Position numbers and translations under genes: made by a program. A stretch of DNA of 63,177 nt, filler included, from Candidatus Nezhaarchaeota archaeon WYZ-LMO8 (GTDB lineage Archaea; Thermoproteota; Methanomethylicia; Nezhaarchaeales; WYZ-LMO8), in NCBI GenBank assembly GCA_004347965.1. It is 4 parts of 4 records of this genome, joined end to end, with 100 filler letters (N's around TTAATTAATTAA, not from the genome) between each part and the next. Parts side by side here need not be neighbours in the genome. Positions count along the whole stretch, not along the records: positions 1 to 19,713 come from QNVF01000023.1; 3 more parts are not named here. One strand, given 5' to 3'. The notes beneath the pieces are model-generated. The model ran no database searches and was not told where the DNA came from. It saw only the letters and a program-made list of their open reading frames with translations. Positions 1 to 9,375 of the stretch are shown here, piece after piece. Within the stretch, counting starts at the first letter, position 1. Each line of letters starts with the position of its first letter.

Positions 1-79
1 CAAAATCTCAACAAAATCTAGCCTACTAAAATTAAGAAATTTAAGGTTTAGTTATGCTGAGATAATAGTGTGAGTAATT

Positions 80-700
80 ATGAGCTCTGGCTCTGAGAAC
101 CTTAGAGGCTTCTACTCAGCCATGGGGGAGATACTCTCATTTCTGGAGGACCTAAAGGACAAGCTAAATAAAGCCGAAGTAGACAAGATGGTCGGCATGC
201 TTGTTGAAGCTTGGGGATGGGGGAAAATAGTCTTGATAGTTGGGGCTGGTCGAAGCGGTTTAATAGGCAGAGCTTTTGCTATGAGACTTATGCACTTAGG
301 CTTTAGGACTTACGTAGTAGGTGAGACCATAACCCCAGCCATAGGCCCGAACGATATTCTGATAGCGATATCAGGCTCAGGCTCCACAGCAATAGTGGTA
401 ACAGCAGCTGAAGCAGCTAGGAAGGTTGGAGCCAAGGTGATAGCAATAACATCGTTTAGAGATAGCCCACTAGCTAGGCTAGCTGACCACGTTGTCGTCG
501 TCCCTGGAAGAACTAAAACGGCTGTAGAGCAAGATTACTTCTCAAGACAAATACTCGGAATCCATGAGCCATTAGCCCCTCTTGGTACGCTTTTTGAACT
601 TGGAACAGCGGTTTTCCTTGATAGTGTGGTCGCAGAGCTCATGTATAGGCTTGGAAAGTCAGAAGTAGAAATGAAGTATAGACACGCAATAATAGAATGA
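80..700 (+). CDS. phi: 6-phospho-3-hexuloisomerase (SIS domain, RuMP pathway)
   Basis: [31 protein letters not shown] and APLGTLFE motifs of HxlB/PHI. Confidence 0.93.
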   Translation: MSSGSENLRGFYSAMGEILSFLEDLKDKLNKAEVDKMVGMLVEAWGWGKIVLIVGAGRSGLIGRAFAMRLMHLGFRTYVVGETITPAIGPNDILIAISGSGSTAIVVTAAEAARKVGAKVIAITSFRDSPLARLADHVVVVPGRTKTAVEQDYFSRQILGIHEPLAPLGTLFELGTAVFLDSVVAELMYRLGKSEVEMKYRHAIIE

Positions 701-727
701 ATGAGAAGATAATTGTTAGTAAAATTT

Positions 728-1789
728 TCAGCCCTCCAATATGGCCTTATAATCGACGTCCCTTGATATAAGCTCTTTAACCATGTTTATTCTCTTAACG
801 TCTTCAGGTTTAATCCTACCGCCAAGCTTGCTTATCATCTGAACTGTAGTATAGGTATCATAATTAACGAGTATTATTGGAATACCCTTCTCCTCAGCTT
901 TCGCTAAAACCCTTAATCCTGGATGAATACCACCAGTTAAAATCATGGCAACGGTGGGGGTTTCAAGAATTGATAGTATGATGTCCACTCGGTCGCCACC
1001 GACTATTACGAGTTTATTTGCAGCCCTCCTAGCATAGATGAGGGCACTCTCACACCCCATGGCCCCAATGAGAATCGTTTCGTACGTGTTATCGATCTTG
1101 TCTGGAGCCGTCAAGACTTCACCATTAAGGTTTGCAACTATTTCTCTTATGGTTGGATTTAGGAGACTAGGTACTTCTCGTAAGACCCCATAAACTCGAA
1201 TACCCCTCTCCTCCAGTAAGGGTACGATATCCTCCTTGAAGTGGTAATAAAGATAGTGAGGGACGAAATTCAAAACTGCTCCTTGAAGTCTCGCTCCCAT
1301 GCTTTCAATAAAGCTCTTCTCTACTAGCAATTCATCCACGACTTCTTCTGATGAAGCTTTAGTTGCAAGTAAGATGTTTGCGTCGATCTTCTTAGCTATT
1401 TCTGGAATCGATAGTCCTGCCACTAAGCCGCTTTTCGTGCTCTTGAAACCTCCAAGCAGCAGGTAATCACAATCCTTCTGCATTTGAGAGCAAGCTTTGA
1501 TAATTTCCTCCATTCCACGATCTTTTAGCTTTATTAGTTTTTCAACGAAGTACTCATCAACTACTATCGGGCACAGAAACTCATAGGGTTGAGGGAGCTT
1601 TAACACTTTCTTCATGAGTACAACGTCTTCATCCATTGGTCTACCATCAACAGTTGTTCCAGCAAGCCCTATAGGCTTCATGTAGCATACCCTGGCTCCC
1701 TCTTCAACAGCTTTAAGTGCTAGTCCAAGAGCTACTACCGTCTTTCCAGCATAAGCTTTAGGTGACGCTATGAAGAGCTTCTTAGCCAT
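728..1789 (-). CDS. Phosphotransacetylase-family protein (BioD-like N-terminal AAA domain + DRTGG domain, no Pta catalytic domain)
   Basis: N-terminal AGKT and YMKPIG; C-terminal GGDR and LTGG of the DRTGG domain; directly downstream of the acyl-CoA synthetase. Confidence 0.85.
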   Translation of the reverse strand: MAKKLFIASPKAYAGKTVVALGLALKAVEEGARVCYMKPIGLAGTTVDGRPMDEDVVLMKKVLKLPQPYEFLCPIVVDEYFVEKLIKLKDRGMEEIIKACSQMQKDCDYLLLGGFKSTKSGLVAGLSIPEIAKKIDANILLATKASSEEVVDELLVEKSFIESMGARLQGAVLNFVPHYLYYHFKEDIVPLLEERGIRVYGVLREVPSLLNPTIREIVANLNGEVLTAPDKIDNTYETILIGAMGCESALIYARRAANKLVIVGGDRVDIILSILETPTVAMILTGGIHPGLRVLAKAEEKGIPIILVNYDTYTTVQMISKLGGRIKPEDVKRINMVKELISRDVDYKAILEG

Positions 1790-1792
1790 GCT

Positions 1793-3922
1793 TCAACACC
1801 ATATCTTTGCATCTACAGCTATACAGCCCTTAAATTTCTCATAAACAAACAGAGGGTTAATATCGATTTCCTGAATCTCTTTGAACTCAGTGCACAACGT
1901 GGAAACCTTCAATAGCACATCAACCACTGCATCTATATCCCCTGGAGGACTACCTCTAAAGCCTCTAAGCAATGTATAAGCCTTTGTCTCCATAATCATT
2001 TCTAGTGCTTCACTCTTTGTGATGGGAGCGAGTCTAAACGAAACTTCTCTCAAAAGCTCAACGTATATTCCGCCCAGTCCAAACATTAGCAAAGGACCAA
2101 ACTGAGGGTCTCTACGCATTCCTATAATCGTTTCCATTCCTTGAGGTACCATCGGTGCAACAGCTACACCATAAACTGTTGCTCCTACTGCAAACTTTGA
2201 GACATTAGCCATTATCTCGTAGTAAGCGAGCTTGACTTCACTCGATGTCCTCAAGTCGATCTTCACGCCACCAACATCAGACTTGTGAATGATGTGGGGA
2301 GAGACTATCTTCAACACAACGGGATAGCCCAAGCTTTCAGCTGCTTGAACAGCTTCATCGGGGCTTCTAGCTACTATGCATGGTGCAGCTCTTATTCCAC
2401 ACGAGTTTAATATTTCACAGGCCTCGTGAGGCAATAACATGCTTCTACCCTCTTCCTTCGCCCTCGATAGTGTACTTTTTATGCGATCTCGATCTATCGG
2501 ATACCTCAGATGACCTTCATTCAATAGTCTCTGTTGCTTATCACAAATTTCTTTATAGTTTATGAGCGAACTCAATGCCTTAATGGCTCTTTCAGGAGAG
2601 TCGTAGTTAGGAATTCCCCCATTTCTCAATATTGATATGGCATTTGTGACTTTTGATCCTCCAAGGAAGCTCGCTACGATAACCTTCTCAGGCTTCTTGG
2701 CTTTAAAGTCTACGAGTAACTTAGCGACTTCATCTGGTTCTGTCATCGCTTGAGGAGACAATACCATTACTAGGCAATCAAGCTCTTCTTTAGCTGATAG
2801 TATTGTAAGGACAGCCTGATACCTATCTGCTCGAGCATCCCCTAAAACGTCTATAGGATTATTAGTTGATGCAGCTGGAGGAAGAATTCTTCTCAATTCT
2901 TTAATGACGTCAGCTCCTAAGTACGCGAGCTTTAAGCCCAATTTCCCACACGCATCAGCAGCTAAGATCCCTGGACCTCCAGCATTGGTTATTATAATTA
3001 TGTTGCCATGTTTTGGTAGAGGTTGACTTCCAAAACATTTGGTCGCATCTAAAAGATCGGAGAGACACTCTGCTTTAATAACCCCGAATTGCTTAAAGGC
3101 TGTTACATACGCTATCTCGCTTCCAGCCATGGAACCTGTGTGTGATGATGCTGCTTTAGCACCGACCTCCGTTACGCCAGCTTTCAAAGCTACTATTGGC
3201 TTCTTAGTTGAGACCTCCCTAACAATCTTAGTAAACTCATCCCCCCTCTCTATCCCTTCAACGTATAGGGCTATCACCTTAGTCTCTGGGTCGTCAGCTA
3301 GCAACCTTATGTAGTCTATCTCGTTTAAATCTGCCTTATTCCCGAGACTTACTATTTTGCTGAAAGCTAGGTCTTCAAGTGATGCTCTATCTATAAGTGA
3401 TGTTAAGAGAGCGCCGCTCTGCGATATGAACGCTATGTGCCCCTTAGGTGGCATGATAGCTGCAAATGAAGCATTCAGGCCTATTGATGTGTTTATGTAG
3501 CCCAAGCAATTGGGGCCTAGGATCCTCATCTTATATCTCTTAGCTATTGAGACTAGCTCAACCTCTCTCTTAGCGCCTTCGAGTCCTACTTCCTTAAATC
3601 CTGCTGATATAACTACTAAGACCTTAACTCCGGCTTGCCCGCAGTCATCAACTACTTCTAAGACTTTACCAACTGGAACCGCTATGACCGCCATGTCAAT
3701 CTCATCATTCACGGCTGAAACCTTTGGATAGCACTTTAATCCAAGAATGTTATCTGCCTGTGGGTTAATTGGGTATATCTTTCCTCTATATCCTCCATCA
3801 ATTATGTTCTTCAAGATTACATAGCCTACCTTACCCTCAAACCTTGACGCACCAACTACAGCTACAGACCTAGGGTTCAACAATGCATTTTGGCTGACCT
3901 TCGAGCTCATGGTAACTTCCAA
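1793..3922 (-). CDS. acdAB: Acetate/acyl-CoA ligase (ADP-forming), fused alpha-beta
   Basis: VAVVGAS, GPNCLG, SQSGA, phospho-His motif SSHTGS, TNAGGPG, NPID, beta-domain HKSDVGGV and DINP. Confidence 0.9.
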   Translation of the reverse strand: MEVTMSSKVSQNALLNPRSVAVVGASRFEGKVGYVILKNIIDGGYRGKIYPINPQADNILGLKCYPKVSAVNDEIDMAVIAVPVGKVLEVVDDCGQAGVKVLVVISAGFKEVGLEGAKREVELVSIAKRYKMRILGPNCLGYINTSIGLNASFAAIMPPKGHIAFISQSGALLTSLIDRASLEDLAFSKIVSLGNKADLNEIDYIRLLADDPETKVIALYVEGIERGDEFTKIVREVSTKKPIVALKAGVTEVGAKAASSHTGSMAGSEIAYVTAFKQFGVIKAECLSDLLDATKCFGSQPLPKHGNIIIITNAGGPGILAADACGKLGLKLAYLGADVIKELRRILPPAASTNNPIDVLGDARADRYQAVLTILSAKEELDCLVMVLSPQAMTEPDEVAKLLVDFKAKKPEKVIVASFLGGSKVTNAISILRNGGIPNYDSPERAIKALSSLINYKEICDKQQRLLNEGHLRYPIDRDRIKSTLSRAKEEGRSMLLPHEACEILNSCGIRAAPCIVARSPDEAVQAAESLGYPVVLKIVSPHIIHKSDVGGVKIDLRTSSEVKLAYYEIMANVSKFAVGATVYGVAVAPMVPQGMETIIGMRRDPQFGPLLMFGLGGIYVELLREVSFRLAPITKSEALEMIMETKAYTLLRGFRGSPPGDIDAVVDVLLKVSTLCTEFKEIQEIDINPLFVYEKFKGCIAVDAKIWC

Positions 3923-4116
3923 GGTCCTCTCTCACCAACCAATTAAAGATGTCTTCTACGGCTGTTTATACAACAAAGGACGTTCTGAATAAAAATACTT
4001 CCCCTAAGTAAGTTAAGGCTTAACTGTCAAGTGAAGAATCTTCTTGCATCTCAACGAAAAGCCTATTGTGAAAGCATTAAAGTAAAAGGTAAATTTCCTA
4101 TAAGCTAGAATATATT

Positions 4117-4371
4117 GTGGTGGTCCACCTGAAAATTGACGAGCAGATTTTAGTTGACAAATACCGTGACCCTCAAGGGAACGTTATAGCTTTGACGAGC
4201 CTTGAAGTCTGGAAAGCCCTTAAACCTGTGCTTAGTGTATACGATCTTGAGGAAGTTCATGTTGAGATCTCAGGCAAAAAAGTTCTATTAAAGTCCAAAT
4301 CACGAGCTAAGATAAAGGCTATTGTGAATAAAGCCAAGAATCTGGGGATAACGATCCTCGGCTCACTATAA
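4117..4371 (+). CDS. Small hypothetical protein
   Basis: 84-aa ORF with protein-like composition, no overlap with other genes, TATA-like element upstream; start uncertain. Confidence 0.55.
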   Translation: MVVHLKIDEQILVDKYRDPQGNVIALTSLEVWKALKPVLSVYDLEEVHVEISGKKVLLKSKSRAKIKAIVNKAKNLGITILGSL

Positions 4372-4420
4372 GATCTAATCTCTAAACTCGTATACCAGTA
4401 AGTTTTCTCATCTTCTTTCA

Positions 4421-4474
4421 TCAGTTCCGGATGTACCGATCATCCTGGAGGTCTCAAGTTCCGGCGCTCATCAT
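4421..4474 (-). ncRNA. Box C/D guide sRNA candidate
   Basis: Minus strand: ATGATGA (C), GCGCCGGAAC, TTGA (D'), ATGATCG (C'), GTACATCCGGAA, CTGA (D); AAAACTTTAAG TATA-like element ~26 nt upstream. Confidence 0.6.
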
Positions 4475-4571
4475 CTATAGAAGTCTATCTCATCCATAGC
4501 TTAAAGTTTTCTAATGCTTCTAAACTAATTAAGTAAAACATTTTAATAGGGTCTAAAATGAGTATTGATTA

Positions 4572-4636
4572 AGGGCCTGTGATGAGAGTCATGCCCACCG
4601 AGAATCGATGACGTGTCCTAGGGTATCGGAGGCCCT
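4572..4636 (+). ncRNA. Box C/D guide sRNA candidate
   Basis: GTGATGA (C, 4579-85), 12-nt guide, CCGA (D'), TCGATGA (C'), 15-nt guide, CGGA (D); terminal AGGGCCT/AGGCCCT stem; TTTTAATA upstream. Confidence 0.7.
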
Positions 4637-4957
4637 CTAAGCTATGTAGTGCCCTCTTATCTCCTTGATTCTATCTTCCTCCTCCTTACTTATACCCGAG
4701 CCCTTCTTGAGTATTTGAACTATGAAGTTACATACGAATTCGGGATTCTCCCTAAACATTGCTTGTAGGGTTTTTAGCAGTATGTTCACGTTCTTTGGTG
4801 GTAGGTCGCTGAGCATTTTGTCAAGCCCCTCTCTTATGATGTCCCTCATGTAGTCGTTAAAATCGCTTTCAGCTTCTATCACTGTATCGTATACCTTTTT
4901 GAAGTTAATGATCATCCTGTACTCTTCCTCGCTGACCTTAATCACTATCTCCATCAT
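4637..4957 (-). CDS. Hypothetical protein with possible N-terminal ribbon-helix-helix-like domain
   Basis: 106-aa ORF; IVIKVSEEEY strand-helix pattern typical of CopG/RHH proteins. Confidence 0.6.
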   Translation of the reverse strand: MMEIVIKVSEEEYRMIINFKKVYDTVIEAESDFNDYMRDIIREGLDKMLSDLPPKNVNILLKTLQAMFRENPEFVCNFIVQILKKGSGISKEEEDRIKEIRGHYIA

Positions 4958-5016
4958 GGCCCTTAATTATTAAGGTGAAAGGATGCTTATCAAGATTCGT
5001 GTTACAGAGGAATTAC

Positions 5017-5958
5017 CTACTTCGTCACCATTATCTTAGCCCCTTGGTTGTCGGCCTTTACCACAAAGGTCCTGTTCTTAATCTTTAACCTTCTCCTGAT
5101 TTTATTCGCTACAATCTCAGCTTTGTCGTCACTCGTCACGGCGTAAACAGCTGGCCCCCACGAGCTCTGCCCGTAACCTTCGACTCTAAGCTCTCTAAGA
5201 ACTTCTATCACCTTGGCTGATAAGGGGCTGTAGATGTCTCCTTGAGCTTGAGAGAACATGGTTCCTACTATTTCTTGAAGCTCTATGAGAGCCTTTCCAA
5301 AAACTTCTAGATCTTCTTCTAGTAAAGCTGGTAGTAGTTTACACAAAGTTACATGTGCTGCTCCATGAACTAACTTCTCATTCTCCTTAGAAGGCTTCAA
5401 GCTAGCAAAGGCCCTCTTCTCTGCTCTACCACTAACACCTCTGCCTAGCGGTATCGTGACTATGAACCTCCACCACTCAGGGACGTCTAGCTTCAATATC
5501 AGTGGCGGGAAAGAACCTTTAATTCCGATAACACCTCCATCAAGTACAAATCCTCCTCTCTCAAAGACGTAAGTGCCTACGCCAGACTGCTCTCCAAGAC
5601 CCAAGGCCTTAGCCACATTAACTACCTTCTCCTCTCTCCTGTAAAGGGAGAGAAGGGCGTAGGCTACAGATAGAGCTATTTGAGTTGTGGAGCCAAGCCC
5701 AACATGTCGGGGGGCTGTAGAGTGTATCCTTATCCTTCCACTCCAAGTTCCGAAAACCCTTGCAACACGCTCAGCATATTTTTGAGCTAACCTCTTATGG
5801 AGACCTTCAACTACTAATTCATCATAAGTTTCAGCTTCAACCACGGTTCTAGGCTCTTCAATGCCAATACCAAGAGACACGTAAAGCCTTCCTTCAACTC
5901 CTACTGGGTTTATCATCCCGAAGTGCAGCCTTGATGGCGCGCTAACCCATACTCTCAC
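5017..5958 (-). CDS. Beta-ribofuranosylaminobenzene 5'-phosphate synthase family (GHMP kinase fold)
   Basis: PSRLHFG, PRHVGLGSTTQ, SGVG...F..GGFVLDGG and GQSSWGP motifs; start moved to GTG 5958, 6 nt after a GGTG RBS (ORF-track start 6156 overlaps the divergent gene). Confidence 0.88.
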   Translation of the reverse strand: MRVWVSAPSRLHFGMINPVGVEGRLYVSLGIGIEEPRTVVEAETYDELVVEGLHKRLAQKYAERVARVFGTWSGRIRIHSTAPRHVGLGSTTQIALSVAYALLSLYRREEKVVNVAKALGLGEQSGVGTYVFERGGFVLDGGVIGIKGSFPPLILKLDVPEWWRFIVTIPLGRGVSGRAEKRAFASLKPSKENEKLVHGAAHVTLCKLLPALLEEDLEVFGKALIELQEIVGTMFSQAQGDIYSPLSAKVIEVLRELRVEGYGQSSWGPAVYAVTSDDKAEIVANKIRRRLKIKNRTFVVKADNQGAKIMVTK

Positions 5959-6088
5959 CCGCATCACCATGACGATGTCTTTAGACCTAGCTTGGGAGCT
6001 AAGAAACTTTACATGACTGAGCCTTAAATTTATTAAGCACGTAAAAATAAAGAAGCAGAATGACGTCGCTCTTAAAGAGGTGGGTTCA

Positions 6089-7216
6089 TTGGTAAGGGTC
6101 TTAGGAGTGGATCCTGGAACATTTAGCTTTGACGTATGTGGTCTAGAGAACGGCAAGGTCTATTATGAGAAAGTCATACCAACGATAGAGATAGCTAAGG
6201 ATCCAGGCAAACTTATTGAGGGACTTGAGGAAGCTGGCAAGGTAGACTTGATAGCTGGTCCCTCTGGTTACGGGGTTAAAGTAACTTATCTAAAGGATGT
6301 CGAGGACCCTGAAGCCTTTGCTCTTAACGATCTCCTGCTTGTGAGAAAAGAGGATATTGAGTCAGCCGTTAAGAAAGGCGATATAGGCATAATGGTCTAC
6401 CACGCAATGGTTAGGGCGACCGTTGAAATGAAGAAAAGAGACTTGCCTGTCTGCTTTATCCCTGCAGTAATACACTTACCGACTGTTCCTTGGTATAGGA
6501 AGATCAACAAGATAGACATGGGAACTGCCGATAAGATGTGCATAGCGGTCTTGGGGGTTTACGATCAATCGAGGAGACTTAGTATAGATTACAGTCAAGT
6601 CTCCTTCATACTCGTGGAGATGGGATTTGGGTACAATGCAGTGATAGGCGTCAATAACGGTAGGATAGTTGATGGTGTAGGTGGAACTACTGGGTCGATG
6701 GGCTTTCTAACATCTGGAAGCTTAGATGCTGAGCTCGTACAATTAGTGGGCAAGTGGGAGAAAAGCGATGTCTTCACTGGAGGAGCGTCAGCAGCTGCTG
6801 GGGTCGAATCACCTCAAGAGCTAGTTGAGAGAGCTAAGGAGGATGACGTTTGTAGGAGCATCTTGGAGGCCATGATAGAAGGTGTAGAGAAGATGGTAGC
6901 TTCCATGATGGTCTCAGTCAGAGAGCCAAATGAAATATTGCTATCAGGTAGATTAACTAGGATAAAGGAGATTGAAGAAATGCTTAAAGAACGTCTAAGT
7001 AAGTACGGTGAGGTAAGAAGGATTGGCTGGCTTGAAGAGGTGAGAGAGGTTAAGGAGGCAGCTCAAGGTTATGCTATGGTCGCTGATGGGCTTGCTGGAG
7101 GGGTCTTTAAGCCCCTAATAGAGTGGATGAAGATAGCTGAAGCATCTGGAACGTCCTTGGATTACATAGTTCATTTAGGGAAGAGTAGGACAACGATAAA
7201 GCCGTTGACCAGGTGA
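6089..7216 (+). CDS. DUF1464 family protein (ASKHA/butyrate-kinase-like fold)
   Basis: GVDPGT, GPSGYG, KIDMGTADK, E.GFGY, KEAAQG motifs; TTG start 6 nt after GAGGTG. Confidence 0.85.
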   Translation: MVRVLGVDPGTFSFDVCGLENGKVYYEKVIPTIEIAKDPGKLIEGLEEAGKVDLIAGPSGYGVKVTYLKDVEDPEAFALNDLLLVRKEDIESAVKKGDIGIMVYHAMVRATVEMKKRDLPVCFIPAVIHLPTVPWYRKINKIDMGTADKMCIAVLGVYDQSRRLSIDYSQVSFILVEMGFGYNAVIGVNNGRIVDGVGGTTGSMGFLTSGSLDAELVQLVGKWEKSDVFTGGASAAAGVESPQELVERAKEDDVCRSILEAMIEGVEKMVASMMVSVREPNEILLSGRLTRIKEIEEMLKERLSKYGEVRRIGWLEEVREVKEAAQGYAMVADGLAGGVFKPLIEWMKIAEASGTSLDYIVHLGKSRTTIKPLTR

Positions 7217-7225
7217 TGTATCGAG

Positions 7226-7762
7226 ATGTCGATGCTTCACGAGTTTAGGGCTCCTTACGATCGCATGATCAAAGCTACGACGAGCATAGTAATAGCCTTG
7301 ATGTCGATCCTCTTCACGTACATAACGTACCTTGTAGTAACTGAGGTAAGTAATCTTGGGATCTTAATAGTATCGCTACTCGCCCTTCTCTACTTCTTAA
7401 TAGTGTTCGTACCCTACCTTTTCTCACCACGTGGCTTCGCTTTGACGACGAAAGGTGTTTTAATTAAGAGACCCTTGAGGAGCATCTTAATATCATACAG
7501 CGAAATAATCGATTTTAAAAGAATCTCAGAGACATCGGTAATGAAAGGTGTGAGGATTTGGGGGAGTGGAGGGCTCTACGGCTTCATAGGGCTCTTTCGC
7601 ATCTCTGGTCTAGGTAAGGTTTGGATGTACGTAACCGATCGAAGTAAAATGATACTTATTGAGACTAAGCGTAACATGAAGTACGTTATAAGTCCAAGCG
7701 ATCCATTAACGTTCATTGAGAGGTTAAGATCATTAGCCCCAAGCGCGGGACAACGACCTTAA
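7226..7762 (+). CDS. Membrane protein with bacterial-PH (bPH_5-like) domain
   Basis: Two N-terminal TM helices, then R.WGSGGLYG..G and ISP.DP..F motifs. Confidence 0.75.
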   Translation: MSMLHEFRAPYDRMIKATTSIVIALMSILFTYITYLVVTEVSNLGILIVSLLALLYFLIVFVPYLFSPRGFALTTKGVLIKRPLRSILISYSEIIDFKRISETSVMKGVRIWGSGGLYGFIGLFRISGLGKVWMYVTDRSKMILIETKRNMKYVISPSDPLTFIERLRSLAPSAGQRP

Positions 7763-7954
7763 GGCTTATCGGTCACTAAACCGCTACTCAAAGGTTATGA
7801 GGGGAAATAGTACATTGATCATTAGCTAACGAACTACCTCACCATCACATTGCTTTAACCTACCGGAATCGGGTTCCTTCCCAACTGTTTAGCAGAGAAG
7901 AAACGTCATCAGTTCTCATCAAAGGAGATTTAACCTAAAAGTTCTAACCCCCTC

Positions 7955-8806
7955 TTAAATACAACCTACTAAGAAGGCTGTTAATGCTAGACCCATAAAC
8001 ATCAACATTAATTTCTTGCTTTTCCCAGCTTTATTGGGTGTTGGTGCTAAAAGCACTAATAGGGTTGAGGTTAACAGCCCTGCATCAGCCACTAGCACTA
8101 TTGGGAGGTATAGCCAATTCACATAACCAAGTAATGTGGGCACAATGCTTAAGGCTACTGCAAGGCACATAAAGACGAGAGCTACTTTGGCTGAAGCTCT
8201 AGATCCTCGCGATATGGCTAACGTCCTTAATCCCTTGAGCTTATCGCCTTCAATATCAATTATGCCCTTCACTACTTCACGACTCATGTTCGCCAAGAAG
8301 GCCATCGATGAAAATACTGCGATTAAGCCTGGAAAACCTCCTGTTGCAACTGCACCGTAAACGAAGGTCAAGGCTACACACAAGCTAACGCATGCATTAC
8401 CAATTAAGCCATGTCTCTTTAAGTGTATGCTATAGATTGTGAACCCCGTACACGCGACAATAGCTACGATTAGGGCTTCTAAGCTTATGAGCGTGGATAG
8501 GAGGAGGCCTGTAATCATTAGGATGATGGAGAAGATGAGCGCTCTTTCCGGCTTCACTCTACCGCTAGGTATGGGTCTTTGAGGCTGGTTTACGGCATCT
8601 ATTTCTCTATCAAAGTAATCGTTCATAGCCATTGAGGAGGAGGAGAAGACAAAGGTGGATGCAAATAAAAGGATCAGCTTCATGTAATCGTAATGAGAGA
8701 GTGAAAAGCCTGATGCTATTAGGAAGCCTATTATGGATGCTAAACCAGCCATTATGCTATTCGTAGGTCTCATTAGCTCTAGATATGGATTCAAGTACCC
8801 ACTCAC
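7955..8806 (-). CDS. Digeranylgeranylglyceryl phosphate synthase (UbiA family)
   Basis: LMRP.N, NDYFD.EID..N.P.RPIPSG, REVVKGIIDIEGD; multi-TM. Confidence 0.9.
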   Translation of the reverse strand: MSGYLNPYLELMRPTNSIMAGLASIIGFLIASGFSLSHYDYMKLILLFASTFVFSSSSMAMNDYFDREIDAVNQPQRPIPSGRVKPERALIFSIILMITGLLLSTLISLEALIVAIVACTGFTIYSIHLKRHGLIGNACVSLCVALTFVYGAVATGGFPGLIAVFSSMAFLANMSREVVKGIIDIEGDKLKGLRTLAISRGSRASAKVALVFMCLAVALSIVPTLLGYVNWLYLPIVLVADAGLLTSTLLVLLAPTPNKAGKSKKLMLMFMGLALTAFLVGCI

Positions 8807-9229
8807 CTAGGGTTTCCAAGTCCACTGAGAATCCTTTCTTTTAACCGTTACCGGTTGTGCTTCATCTACGTACTCGCTTATGTCCTTTAAGACCCACGTG
8901 CCTCTACCGTTCTTAACTCTCCACAGTACTGCGAGCACGTATTCTACTCTCCAGTCCTCCTCGATGAGGTGCTTGTACCAAGTTTCGTACCTGCTCTTCA
9001 ATCTTTCAATGCTCTCTCGAGGAATGACCAAACTGTTCTTCAACGTCGACTTCACCTCTATGAGTGCCAGCCTCTTCTCACTCGGCTTTATTGCCTCAAC
9101 ATCGACTTGAGCAGTACTTCCACTCATAGGCGTCCTACATGCTATCCAACCATAACTTGTAAGTTTAGCCACAAGCCTTTCCTCAGCGTATCGCCCTCGA
9201 ACATAACCTCGATAACTTCGTGACATCAA
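8807..9229 (-). CDS. Hjc/Hje-like Holliday junction resolvase family PD-(D/E)XK nuclease
   Basis: G..AE..LV..L...GW...R.P.SG...VD......LIEVKST. Confidence 0.75.
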   Translation of the reverse strand: MMSRSYRGYVRGRYAEERLVAKLTSYGWIACRTPMSGSTAQVDVEAIKPSEKRLALIEVKSTLKNSLVIPRESIERLKSRYETWYKHLIEEDWRVEYVLAVLWRVKNGRGTWVLKDISEYVDEAQPVTVKRKDSQWTWKP

Positions 9230-9375
9230 TTCACCACAAAAACTAATTACTTAATTACTAATAACGCTTAACTTCGAATGTCAAGTACACTTAGAGGATG
9301 AGGCCCTCCTAATCTGCTGAACATAATTTCAACTTCTCGTTTCACATCACTCTAGGTAGAAATCATTGTCGATCA

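Noticed and set aside
5959..6156. N-terminal extensions in the ORF track (also 14776-14961, 34106-34150, 53522-53590)
   Set aside because: They run through promoters or divergent genes; homology and RBS point to later starts
9294..9320. AGGATGA...CTGA half C/D motif
   Set aside because: Only one box pair, with no convincing second pair or terminal stem
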